Assembly (NCBI GenBank): GCA_045579745.1 | Contig: JAZNMQ010000020.1 | Coordinates: 4,108-68,107, forward strand | From: Candidatus Flemingiibacterium sp. | GTDB lineage: Bacteria > Bacillota > Clostridia > Oscillospirales > CAG-272 | Reading direction: 5' to 3' | Length of the DNA: 64,000 nucleotides | In this document: positions 10,189 to 18,723 of the stretch, piece after piece | How the letters are laid out: the number at the start of each line of letters is the position of its first letter | Position numbering within the stretch: the first letter of the stretch is position 1 | The notes under the pieces: generated by a model | Databases searched by the model: none | What the model was told of the DNA's origin: nothing | The model's input: the letters and a program-made list of their open reading frames with translations, nothing else | Made by a program: the position numbers and the translations under genes

Positions 10189-10220
10189 GCAGTAAATCCA
10201 AACGGATTTACTGCTTTTTT
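10189..10220. terminator. bidirectional intrinsic terminator
   Basis: GCAGTAAATCC (10189-10199) / GGATTTACTGC (10204-10214), flanked by an A-run upstream and a T-run downstream. It sits between convergent operons. Confidence 0.8.
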
Positions 10221-10355
10221 ATATAAATTGAGTTTAAATTTGAGATACAGCTATTGATAAATCGGTTTATCGGGAGTAAACCATATTAAATTTATTGACC
10301 GTAAACTAAGATGAGAGCTTATTATGGCTAAAAAATTTGGAATCGTGGAATGAAT

Positions 10356-10979
10356 CTACTTTATTTCATGCAGTGCATCTTCCTTCTGATAACGGATCAG
10401 CTCATTGCGTTCAAATTCTGCTTTTTTCCATAGCCAATAATATGGGATCATCAGGAGTGAACAGTACATAACAAGATACAACAGATAACATCCAAAATAA
10501 GCAAAATAATCTGCCGGGACATATTCCAAACCTTGTCTAATGCGTGTACTCGCATCCACCTTGAACATATAGAGAAACTCGAACAAATGACACGGTATAA
10601 TCGTCACTACAGCTGTACCAGCCAAATGGGAAAAATCTATAAAGCCGATCAAAAGCCGAACCACTTCACCGGGTATAACGAAAATTAAAAAGTTTCGAAG
10701 CCAATTATGTTTTCCTTCACTATGTTTATACTGATCCGAAACACATTTAGCGAAATAGATAGTTGATAAGCCAGCAGCTCCGATCATTGGCAAACTAATT
10801 AAAATACCGTGCCATACTGCCATTACTTGTCTGATACCAATTAATAACGGTGTCATAAGTAGGTTTTGTAGTATGACATAAATCCATAATGCTCCATAAT
10901 TCACAATAAAAGACACACAACCATAACCAAATATTTGTGCACCATCAACGCTCGGTACAAATGTTTTTTCTTTTTTCAT
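10356..10979 (-). CDS. integral membrane protein, function unknown
   Basis: ORF 10356-11015. ATG 10979 is preferred (GGAAGG upstream; it also avoids overlap with the ATPase gene). Multiple hydrophobic spans. Last gene of the metal ATPase operon. Confidence 0.6.
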   Translation of the reverse strand: MKKEKTFVPSVDGAQIFGYGCVSFIVNYGALWIYVILQNLLMTPLLIGIRQVMAVWHGILISLPMIGAAGLSTIYFAKCVSDQYKHSEGKHNWLRNFLIFVIPGEVVRLLIGFIDFSHLAGTAVVTIIPCHLFEFLYMFKVDASTRIRQGLEYVPADYFAYFGCYLLYLVMYCSLLMIPYYWLWKKAEFERNELIRYQKEDALHEIK

Positions 10980-10998
10980 ATCCGACGAACCTTCCTTA

Positions 10999-12891
10999 CT
11001 ATAATTTATGTACATTCAGCGCACGGATTGCATTTAGTATGGCAAGCACCATAACACCCACATCCGCGAAAATGCCGATCCACATTCCCGCCAATCCCAC
11101 AGCAGTCAACACAAGACATATCAGCTTTACACCAATTGCGAAAAATACATTTTGCTTTACGATTCTAACGCATTTTTTTGAAATTTTAATCGCCTTTGCA
11201 ACCTTCATCGGATTGTCGTCCATCAAAACTACATCGGCGGCTTCGATTGCGGCATCGGAGCCCATCGCGCCCATCGCAATGCCGATATCCGCGCGTGAAA
11301 GCACAGGTGCATCGTTGATTCCGTCGCCGACAAATGCAAGCCGTTCCTTTTTCGGTTTTCGACTTAATATTTCCTCAACCCTTGAAACCTTATCGTCAGG
11401 AAGCAAATCGCTGTAGTATTCATCAATTTTAAGAGCCTCAGCCACGCCGCTTGCAACTATATTGCTGTCGCCCGTCAGCATAACCGTTTTTTTGATGCCG
11501 ACTTTTTTGAGCTCTGAAATCGCTTTTGCAGACTCCCTCTTTATGACATCCGAAATCACAATATGTCCCGCATAGCGTCCGTCAATCGCAATATGAGTGA
11601 TCGTTCCCACTTTATGACAATCCTCATATGATACGCCGACATCTCTCATGAGCCTTACGCTTCCGCATGCGACCTTTTTGCCGTCCACCCTCGCGATTAC
11701 ACCATGACCGCTGATTTCCTCGATCTCGTCCACACGACTGCGGTCGAGCTCTCTGCCGTATGCCTTTTGAAGGCTTTTGCTGATCGGATGCGAGCTTGCG
11801 CATTCGGAAAGCGCGGCGTATTCAATCAGCTTTGCCGCTTCCATCTCGTTGTGATGTACGCCCGTAACTTCAAATACGCCCTCGGTAAGCGTGCCCGTTT
11901 TGTCAAATATAACATATTTAGTTTCGGATAGCGCCTCAAGATAGTTTGAGCCTTTAATCAGAATGCCCTCCTTACTCGCACCTCCCAAGCCTGCAAAAAA
12001 GCTGAGCGGAACACTGATAACAAGCGCGCAAGGGCAGCTTATTACAAGAAATGTGAGCGCTCTGTAAATCCAATCACCGAAATTCGCCTCAAAGCCTGCC
12101 GCAAGGCTGACAAGCGGCGGCAGTAGTGCAAGCACCACCGCTCCGATACAAACGGCAGGTGTATAAATTCGGGAAAATTTAGATATAAAGCTCTCCGATT
12201 TCGACTTTCTGCTGCTCGCATTTTCAACAAGCTCGAGAATTTTCGAAACGGTTGATTCGCCGAACTCCTTTGTTGTCCTGACGGTGAGCACACCGTTTAG
12301 ATTGATGCATCCGCTTATTACATCATCGCCTGTATTCACCTCACGAGGCAGGCTCTCGCCCGTCAGCGCGCTCGTGTTAAGGCTTGATGAGCCGTTTACA
12401 ACAACTCCGTCAAGCGGAATTTTTTCGCCCGGCTGAACGGTAATTTCACATCCCACCTCAACCTCGTCCGGCGAAACCCGAATAAGTCTTCCGTCCTTTT
12501 CGATATTAGCATAATCAGGGCGAATATCCATAAGCGCACTGATATTCCGCCTGCTTTTTCCAACCGCATAGCTCTCAAACCATTCGCCGATCTGATAGAA
12601 CAGCATAACTGCGATCGCTTCGTTGTAATCGCCCGTTTTGGAGTAAATTGCAAGCGCGATCGCGCCAATCGTCGCGATAGACATCAAGAAGCTTTCGTCA
12701 AGAACTCTGCCGTTTATTATTCCCTTTGATGCTTTTATGAGTATGTCATACCCGATTATCAGATAGCATGACATGAACAGCACGAACCTCAAAGCATCCG
12801 TTGTCGGAATGAGATTCAGAATGATTATAAGTACCGTCGAAACAAGAATCCGCGTTAAATTCTTTTTCTGCTTTTTAGTCATATCAAGCAC
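10999..12891 (-). CDS. heavy-metal-translocating P1B-type ATPase (Cd/Zn/Co-type)
   Basis: Motifs SCPCALVIS (CPC), DKTGTLT, SSHPISKS, TGDS and VGDGINDAP. Confidence 0.9.
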   Translation of the reverse strand: MLDMTKKQKKNLTRILVSTVLIIILNLIPTTDALRFVLFMSCYLIIGYDILIKASKGIINGRVLDESFLMSIATIGAIALAIYSKTGDYNEAIAVMLFYQIGEWFESYAVGKSRRNISALMDIRPDYANIEKDGRLIRVSPDEVEVGCEITVQPGEKIPLDGVVVNGSSSLNTSALTGESLPREVNTGDDVISGCINLNGVLTVRTTKEFGESTVSKILELVENASSRKSKSESFISKFSRIYTPAVCIGAVVLALLPPLVSLAAGFEANFGDWIYRALTFLVISCPCALVISVPLSFFAGLGGASKEGILIKGSNYLEALSETKYVIFDKTGTLTEGVFEVTGVHHNEMEAAKLIEYAALSECASSHPISKSLQKAYGRELDRSRVDEIEEISGHGVIARVDGKKVACGSVRLMRDVGVSYEDCHKVGTITHIAIDGRYAGHIVISDVIKRESAKAISELKKVGIKKTVMLTGDSNIVASGVAEALKIDEYYSDLLPDDKVSRVEEILSRKPKKERLAFVGDGINDAPVLSRADIGIAMGAMGSDAAIEAADVVLMDDNPMKVAKAIKISKKCVRIVKQNVFFAIGVKLICLVLTAVGLAGMWIGIFADVGVMVLAILNAIRALNVHKL

Positions 12892-12897
12892 CGTTAA

Positions 12898-13116
12898 TCA
12901 CAGCGTTATTTCAAAATCAGGCTCAATCCGTCTGCAGGCCTTGAGCACCGCCGAAAGAACCTTCTTTTCGTCGGCGTCGCTTTCAAATTCTATTGTCATT
13001 TTTTGTGTCATATAGTTTATATTTGCAGTCAAAACACCGTCTATTTTTGCAGCCGCACTTTCGCAGAGATTTGCACAGTTTGCGCAGTCTACTTCTATGG
13101 CGTAGATTTTTTTCAT
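12898..13116 (-). CDS. heavy-metal-associated (HMA) domain metallochaperone-like protein
   Basis: ORF 12898-13215. I moved the start to ATG 13116, which is preceded by GGAGA. Metal-binding motif CANCANLCE sits near the N-terminus. 72 aa. Confidence 0.75.
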   Translation of the reverse strand: MKKIYAIEVDCANCANLCESAAAKIDGVLTANINYMTQKMTIEFESDADEKKVLSAVLKACRRIEPDFEITL

Positions 13117-13290
13117 AATAATCTCCATTCCGCCGCGCTGTGGCGGCACAAATACTGAAGTTGAATTGATGTGCCGCTTTGCGGCAAAAATGGGACGAGT
13201 CCCATTTTTAATCAATTTAAGGCGTGAAATCGTTTACTTTATTACACGCTAAACTAAACTTTCACGCTAAATCCTCCTGACAGTTCATTT

Positions 13291-13349
13291 CGATCAAAGG
13301 CGTGTTTGATCGTTTATATCAGTATACTATGAGATTTCGGCTAAGTCAA
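13291..13349 (-). promoter_or_regulatory. promoter plus palindromic operator of the HMA/ATPase operon
   Basis: On the minus strand: TTGACT (13344-13349), a 17-nt spacer, TATACT (13321-13326). Perfect inverted repeat CGATCAAA-N6-TTTGATCG at 13291-13312, just downstream of the -10. Confidence 0.55.
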
Positions 13350-13413
13350 TACTCGACCGTCGGGTTATTCCCTTCGGATTATTTATTTTTGGAGAAAATT
13401 TTGTCAGTTTTAG

Positions 13414-13452
13414 AAAAAAGCGGTATAGCACGATTTGTTTCGTCCTATACCG
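13414..13452 (-). terminator. intrinsic terminator after the sugar-phosphate isomerase gene
   Basis: CGGTATAG (13421-13428) / CTATACCG (13445-13452), with a T-run on the minus strand (A-run 13414-13419 on plus). Confidence 0.65.
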
Positions 13453-13472
13453 TTTTGTTATGCTGTAAATAA

Positions 13473-14297
13473 TTACGGCATATAAACCTTGCCGTCCCAA
13501 GTATAGTCCTCAGGCATAATGTACGGTGTGATGAAGCGGATTGTGAAATCAACGCCCCATTGTCCGAGCACACCTCTCCAATTTGCAGAGTGAGGCTCTA
13601 TGGAAAGCATGCCGTTATAATGCTTGGTGTACAGTACATTCATTACTGCGCCCCAATTCACCTGATCAAGACCTGCAGGCGGGTCATCGTAACGCTCGCC
13701 GTCTATGTACAGAGAGCCTTTAATGTGGAAATGACAAATTCTGTCACCCCACTTTTTCATCTCCGACAGATAATCTCCGCCTCTGCCGCGGCAATGGGAT
13801 GTATCATACTTGATACCAAGCTCGGGCAGTGCACCAAGGACTACAGACCATGCCGCATCATCAACCACAAAGTTCTCCCAATGGCAGTTGAAAATGCAGA
13901 TTTTTACATTCTTGTCCTTTGCGTAATCAATCAGAATGCGGAAATATTCTATAGCAATAGCGCAGTTTTCTTCAAATGTTTTACCAGGCACCTCATTACA
14001 GCCCACATTGTAAACAGGACATCCGAGCGCGGATGCGGCATCGATAAGGTTTTTATCGTGCTGTAATGCGGACGGAATAATTTCACCGTTGTCGTCAATA
14101 CGCTTTTCGCCCCAACGGCCAATTGCGCCAACCTTTACATCATAGCGCTTGCTGTACTCGAGAATTTCATTGACATGGCCTGCGACCTCCATGCTGTCGT
14201 GATAGTGATTGCAGCAAAATTCCACGCCATGCAGTCCTTTTTTAGCTACATATGCAAAGCTGTGCTCGTCCCAGCCACCTATAATACCAAGATACAT
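13473..14297 (-). CDS. sugar phosphate isomerase/epimerase (xylose-isomerase-like TIM barrel)
   Basis: 274 aa. AGGAGG precedes the ATG. The overall pattern (HFHIKG, LSIEPH) is typical of the AP-endonuclease-2/xylose-isomerase-like TIM family. Confidence 0.6.
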   Translation of the reverse strand: MYLGIIGGWDEHSFAYVAKKGLHGVEFCCNHYHDSMEVAGHVNEILEYSKRYDVKVGAIGRWGEKRIDDNGEIIPSALQHDKNLIDAASALGCPVYNVGCNEVPGKTFEENCAIAIEYFRILIDYAKDKNVKICIFNCHWENFVVDDAAWSVVLGALPELGIKYDTSHCRGRGGDYLSEMKKWGDRICHFHIKGSLYIDGERYDDPPAGLDQVNWGAVMNVLYTKHYNGMLSIEPHSANWRGVLGQWGVDFTIRFITPYIMPEDYTWDGKVYMP

Positions 14298-14577
14298 AAT
14301 AACCTCCGGTTGTATGATTTTTTGTAGTTATTTTATTGTATCACAACCCGACGATCCTGTCAAGAGATGGAAGGCTTATACAGGCGTTATCCCTCCCCCG
14401 CAAAACTTCCAAACTTTGAACTTTACTTTTTATAATTTATCAGTTGCTTAATCGGTGTCAGATGTGATATAATCTATTTATAATACAAAAAATCTACGGC
14501 AACATTTAAAAATATTTGCGGCTTCTCAAATGAGAAACCCGAAAGCAATATATTCAGATTAAAAAAGGAGCTATCTT

Positions 14578-15600
14578 ATGCTGTATTTTATCAACGACTA
14601 TTCAGAGGGTGCACACCCGGATATTCTAAAGCGGCTTGTTGAAACCAATATGGAAAAGCTGACCGGCTACGGCACCGACAAATATACCGCCTCCGCAAAG
14701 GAAAAGATCAAGGCGGCAATATCAAGTCCCGATTCGAAAATCTATTTTCTCGCAGGCGGAACGCAAACAAATCAAGTGGTTATCGACTGCATTCTCGAGG
14801 ATTACGAGGGCGTAATAGCGGCAGAAAGCGGTCATGTTGCGCTTCACGAGGCGGGAGCTATCGAGTTCTCGGGACACAAGGTGCTAACACTTCCCCAAAA
14901 GGAGGGAAAAATTTGCGCCGACGATTTAAAAGCCTGTTTGGAGGGCTTTTATGCGGATGCGAACCATGAGCATATGGTTTTTCCCGGAATGGTATATATC
15001 TCCCATCCGACAGAGTACGGAACGCTCTACTCTAAAAGGGAGCTGACAGAAATTTCGGATATTTGTCACAGCTTCAAAATCCCCCTTTATCTTGACGGAG
15101 CAAGACTTGGATATGCGCTTGCAACGCCCGATACAGATGTTGCCTTGTCTGATATTGCGAAGCTTTGCGATGTTTTTTACTTTGGCGGAACAAAGGTAGG
15201 CACGCTTTGCGGCGAGGCATTAGTATTCAACCGCAGCGAGCCTAAGCATTTTGTCACAAGAATAAAGCAGCATGGCGCATTGCTTGCAAAGGGCAGGCTT
15301 TGCGGTGTTCAGTTTGATGCGCTGTTTACCGACGAGCTCTATTTAAAGGCAGGCAAAAATGCAATTGACGCCGCCGTTCGCATAAAAGAAGCTCTGAGGG
15401 AGCGCGGGTATCGCTTCTTTATCGATTCTCCCACAAATCAGACCTTCATTGTGCTCGAAAATGAAGCCTTGAAGGAATTTGCGAAAAAGGTGAAGTATGA
15501 TTTCTGGGAGAGATATGACGATAATCATACCGTCATTCGCCTTTGTACGAGCTGGGCAACGTCAAGCGAGGATGTTGACGCTCTGATTTCGCTGCTTTGA
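14578..15600 (+). CDS. low-specificity threonine aldolase / beta-eliminating lyase family (PLP enzyme)
   Basis: AAGGAG RBS. 340 aa. N-terminus FINDYSEGAHPDIL and FGGTKVG (PLP lysine region) are typical of the LtaE family. Confidence 0.7.
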   Translation: MLYFINDYSEGAHPDILKRLVETNMEKLTGYGTDKYTASAKEKIKAAISSPDSKIYFLAGGTQTNQVVIDCILEDYEGVIAAESGHVALHEAGAIEFSGHKVLTLPQKEGKICADDLKACLEGFYADANHEHMVFPGMVYISHPTEYGTLYSKRELTEISDICHSFKIPLYLDGARLGYALATPDTDVALSDIAKLCDVFYFGGTKVGTLCGEALVFNRSEPKHFVTRIKQHGALLAKGRLCGVQFDALFTDELYLKAGKNAIDAAVRIKEALRERGYRFFIDSPTNQTFIVLENEALKEFAKKVKYDFWERYDDNHTVIRLCTSWATSSEDVDALISLL

Positions 15601-15608
15601 GAATGGCA

Positions 15609-15863
15609 TTAAGCGTCCTCTCTTGCTTCAACGAACCATTTATCACCCTCATGAAAAAGATAGGATTCCTTCCCTTTTATCATGACTGTATAGCGAATCC
15701 CTCCGCCGCCCACCTTCTTTGACGATGCGCGGCACTTATAAAGAACCTGGTCTATTTGGAAGATACGGCCGTTCAGCCAACGAATGAAGCGAGGGTGTAC
15801 CATTCCCTCCTCATCGACATCCAAATTCACCGATACATATGCCTTTTTGCATTGAGCTTCCAT
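15609..15863 (-). CDS. small hypothetical protein, divergent from the XRE gene
   Basis: ORF 15609-15938. I moved the start to ATG 15863, which is preceded by GGAGGG. No family recognised. Confidence 0.5.
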   Translation of the reverse strand: MEAQCKKAYVSVNLDVDEEGMVHPRFIRWLNGRIFQIDQVLYKCRASSKKVGGGGIRYTVMIKGKESYLFHEGDKWFVEAREDA

Positions 15864-15903
15864 TAAAAGCGCCCTCCGTTCATAAAAATGTTGCAATTTT
15901 ACA

Positions 15904-16038
15904 CGAACAATGTTTCGCATAAGTATTGACACATACACCCATGTATGGTATCATATATACGAACAGTATTTCGTGCTACGCTATTATTATAACCTGAACA
16001 CGATTTCGTGTCAATAGGTTTTGACGAAAAAGTGTTCG
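15904..16038. promoter_or_regulatory. four LexA (Cheo-box)-like palindromes in a divergent promoter region
   Basis: CGAACAATGTTTCG 15904-15917; CGAACAGTATTTCG 15960-15973; TGAACACGATTTCG 15995-16008; CGAAAAAGTGTTCG 16025-16038. Each is within 1-2 mismatches of CGAAC-N4-GTTCG. A plus-strand promoter (TTGACA 15926-15931, TGgTATCAT 15946-15954) overlaps box 2. Confidence 0.55.
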
Positions 16039-16070
16039 TGTCAATAAAAAGCAATTGAAGGAGGTGCCTT

Positions 16071-16484
16071 ATGGGCTTCAAGGAACGGCTGAAGGAAAAG
16101 AGAATGGAAGCAGGTCTGACTCAGGTCGAGCTTGCGAAAAAGGTTTCCGTAACGGCAAGAACCATTCAAAACTATGAGCTCGGCACAAGAAAGCCGGGCA
16201 ATATGAAGGTGATCGGAGATATCGCCGCTGCTCTCGGTACAAGTGCAGACTATCTTCTCGGCAGCTCGGGCTCATATATTGTCGAAGCGCAGGAAAAGGG
16301 CGGTGCAAGGGCGGCAAAGGATATCGAGGAGCTGGTTGGTGAAGTGACCGGCCTATTCGCAGGAGGTCAGCTTTCCGAAGATGCCTTGGAGGGTGCTATG
16401 AAGGCTCTCAACGACGCATATTGGATGGCAAAGGAAAACAACCGAAAATATTCTCCCAAAAAATATCGCAATAAAGATAAATAA
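16071..16484 (+). CDS. XRE-family helix-turn-helix transcriptional regulator
   Basis: GAAGGAGG RBS. N-terminal HTH LTQVELAKKVSVTARTIQNYELG. Confidence 0.85.
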   Translation: MGFKERLKEKRMEAGLTQVELAKKVSVTARTIQNYELGTRKPGNMKVIGDIAAALGTSADYLLGSSGSYIVEAQEKGGARAAKDIEELVGEVTGLFAGGQLSEDALEGAMKALNDAYWMAKENNRKYSPKKYRNKDK

Positions 16485-16544
16485 GTTCGCTTTGTGGGAA
16501 AGCCTGTTAAATATTATAAACACAAAAGAAACGGAGGTGGAGCA

Positions 16545-17054
16545 ATGACAGCAAAAAAGCTCTCGGATATCGGCGAGTCGCTCGTAAGGCGATACGGCAC
16601 AAGAGATCCATTCAAAATTGCAAAGGAGCTTGGAATCAACGTCATCTTCTGCGACAACTTCGGATCTCTCAAAGGAATGTACCGCGTTATAAAACGCAAC
16701 CGCTTTATTTTCATCAACAAAGCTTTAAGCAGCAGAATGAAAGCTATCGTCTGTGCCCACGAGCTTGGGCATGACCTTCTGCACCGTCAGCTTGCAAGGG
16801 CAAACGGGCTTCATGAGTTCATGCTGTATGATATGGATACACGCGCTGAGTATGAGGCGAATATTATAGCCGCAGAAATTTTAATAGACACCGACGATTT
16901 GCTTGAATATATCTATAATTATCACTACTCCGCCGAGCAAATCGCCAGAGCCTTGCACACCGATATAAATTTGGTCGCGCTGAAAATTGCCCATCTGACA
17001 CAGATAGGCTATGACCTGCGCTCAATCGACCATAAAAGCGATTTTCTAAAGTAA
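16545..17054 (+). CDS. ImmA/IrrE-family metallopeptidase
   Basis: ORF 16494-17054. I moved the start to ATG 16545, after GGAGGTGG. Zinc motif HELGHDLLH. Confidence 0.8.
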   Translation: MTAKKLSDIGESLVRRYGTRDPFKIAKELGINVIFCDNFGSLKGMYRVIKRNRFIFINKALSSRMKAIVCAHELGHDLLHRQLARANGLHEFMLYDMDTRAEYEANIIAAEILIDTDDLLEYIYNYHYSAEQIARALHTDINLVALKIAHLTQIGYDLRSIDHKSDFLK

Positions 17055-17081
17055 CGGCGCACATTAAAATATGACAAAAAT

Positions 17082-17137
17082 TTGCCATTTCCTCGTATGA
17101 TGCGAAGAAATGGCAAAGCTGTCACTTGTGATATAAT
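17082..17137 (+). promoter_or_regulatory. 10-bp perfect inverted repeat plus extended -10 upstream of the Y-family polymerase gene
   Basis: TTGCCATTTC (17082-17091) / GAAATGGCAA (17107-17116) with a 15-nt spacer, then TGaTATAAT at 17129-17137. Confidence 0.45.
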
Positions 17138-17158
17138 TTGAAAGGATGTGACCGAAGC

Positions 17159-18667
17159 ATGAAGCAGAAAACCTATATTGCAATCGACCTCAAATCGTTC
17201 TATGCTTCGGTTGAGTGCCGAGAGCGCGGGCTCGACCCGCTTAATACCAATCTCGTTGTAGCGGATGAGAGCCGAACAGACAAAACAATCTGCCTTGCGG
17301 TAACTCCATCGCTGAAATCCTACGGAATTTCCGGCAGAGGCAGACTATTTGAAGTAAAGCAGCGTATCAAGGAAGCAAACGCCGGACGGCGTCACGATGC
17401 GCCGCGGCGGAGGCTTGAGGGCTCATCGCCGTTTTTTTCCGAGCTTCAAGCGAATCCCAATCTTGCGATAGACTTCATTATTGCACCGCCGCGAATGGCG
17501 CACTACATGGAGTACAGCACTCGGATTTATTCCGTATACATGAAATATGTGGCACCGGAGGACATTGTCGTTTACTCAATCGACGAGGTGTTCATGGATG
17601 TCACAAACTATCTTGATACCTATAAGCTTTCGCCGCACGACCTCACTATGAAAATCATCCTCGATGTGCTTGAAACCACGGGAATTACGGCTACTGCCGG
17701 CATAGGAACGAACCTGTTTCTCTGCAAGGTTGCGATGGATATTGTGGCAAAGCATATTCCTGCAGATAAAAATGGGGTGCGCATTGCTCAGCTTGATGAA
17801 ATGAAGTTCCGAAGCGAGTTGTGGTCGCATCAACCGCTCACCGATTTTTGGCGAGTTGGCAGAGGCATTGCAAAAAAGCTCGAAGAAAATGGAATGTTCA
17901 CTATGGGCGATGTGGCAAGGATGTCGGTTAATTACGAGGATCTTCTGTACAAGCTATTCGGCAAAAATGCCGAGCTCCTCATTGACCACGCGTGGGGATG
18001 GGAGCCTTGCACAATTGAAGCAATAAAGGCATACAGACCCGCAACCAACAGTCTTGGCTCCGGGCAGGTTTTGCACTCACCCTATGAAGCACAAAAGGCT
18101 AAGCTTGTGCTCCGAGAAATGACGGATATGCTTGTGCTTGATCTTGTGAGCAGGAGGCTTGTCACAAATCAACTTGTTATCACAATCGGGTATGATATTG
18201 AAAATCTTACCGATCCCGAGCGCAAAAAGAAGTACACGGGTGCCGTCGTAAAGGACCCATACGGGCGGCTGATTCCAAAGCACTCGCACGGCACCATAAA
18301 TATATGCGAGCACACATCCTCTACAAAGAAAATCATGAATGCTATGTCCGAGCTGTATGATAGCATAGTAGATAAAAATCTTCTCATTCGAAGATTAAAC
18401 ATCTGCGCAAACCATGTCATAGACGAGGAGTCAGCAAAAGCTGAGGGTGACAGCTACGAGCAGCTTGATTTTTTCACCGATTACGCCGCCCTGCAAGCAA
18501 AGCGGCAGGCAGAGCAAGCCGAGCTTGAACGTGAAAGGCGTATGCAGGAGGCTATGATAACCATAAAAGGAAGATTTGGCAAAAACGCGATCTTCAAAGG
18601 AATGAATCTTGAGGACGGTGCGACGGCAAAAGATCGCAATGGGCAAATTGGCGGTCACAAGGCATAA
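17159..18667 (+). CDS. Y-family (DinB/UmuC-like) translesion DNA polymerase
   Basis: ORF 17138-18667, start at ATG 17159. N-terminus YIAIDLKSFYASVE and SIDEVFMDVT are classical ImpB/UmuC motifs. Confidence 0.85.
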   Translation: MKQKTYIAIDLKSFYASVECRERGLDPLNTNLVVADESRTDKTICLAVTPSLKSYGISGRGRLFEVKQRIKEANAGRRHDAPRRRLEGSSPFFSELQANPNLAIDFIIAPPRMAHYMEYSTRIYSVYMKYVAPEDIVVYSIDEVFMDVTNYLDTYKLSPHDLTMKIILDVLETTGITATAGIGTNLFLCKVAMDIVAKHIPADKNGVRIAQLDEMKFRSELWSHQPLTDFWRVGRGIAKKLEENGMFTMGDVARMSVNYEDLLYKLFGKNAELLIDHAWGWEPCTIEAIKAYRPATNSLGSGQVLHSPYEAQKAKLVLREMTDMLVLDLVSRRLVTNQLVITIGYDIENLTDPERKKKYTGAVVKDPYGRLIPKHSHGTINICEHTSSTKKIMNAMSELYDSIVDKNLLIRRLNICANHVIDEESAKAEGDSYEQLDFFTDYAALQAKRQAEQAELERERRMQEAMITIKGRFGKNAIFKGMNLEDGATAKDRNGQIGGHKA

Positions 18668-18723
18668 ATTTCACAAAAAGCAATGAAGCATGAGCAAAAT
18701 AAGATTCGTCAGAGAGGGGTAAA

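Noticed and set aside
13117-13215. N-terminal extension of the HMA ORF from a TTG at 13215.
   Set aside because: The extension runs through three hairpins of the leader and has no RBS. ATG 13116 has GGAGA upstream and gives a normal ~72-aa HMA protein.
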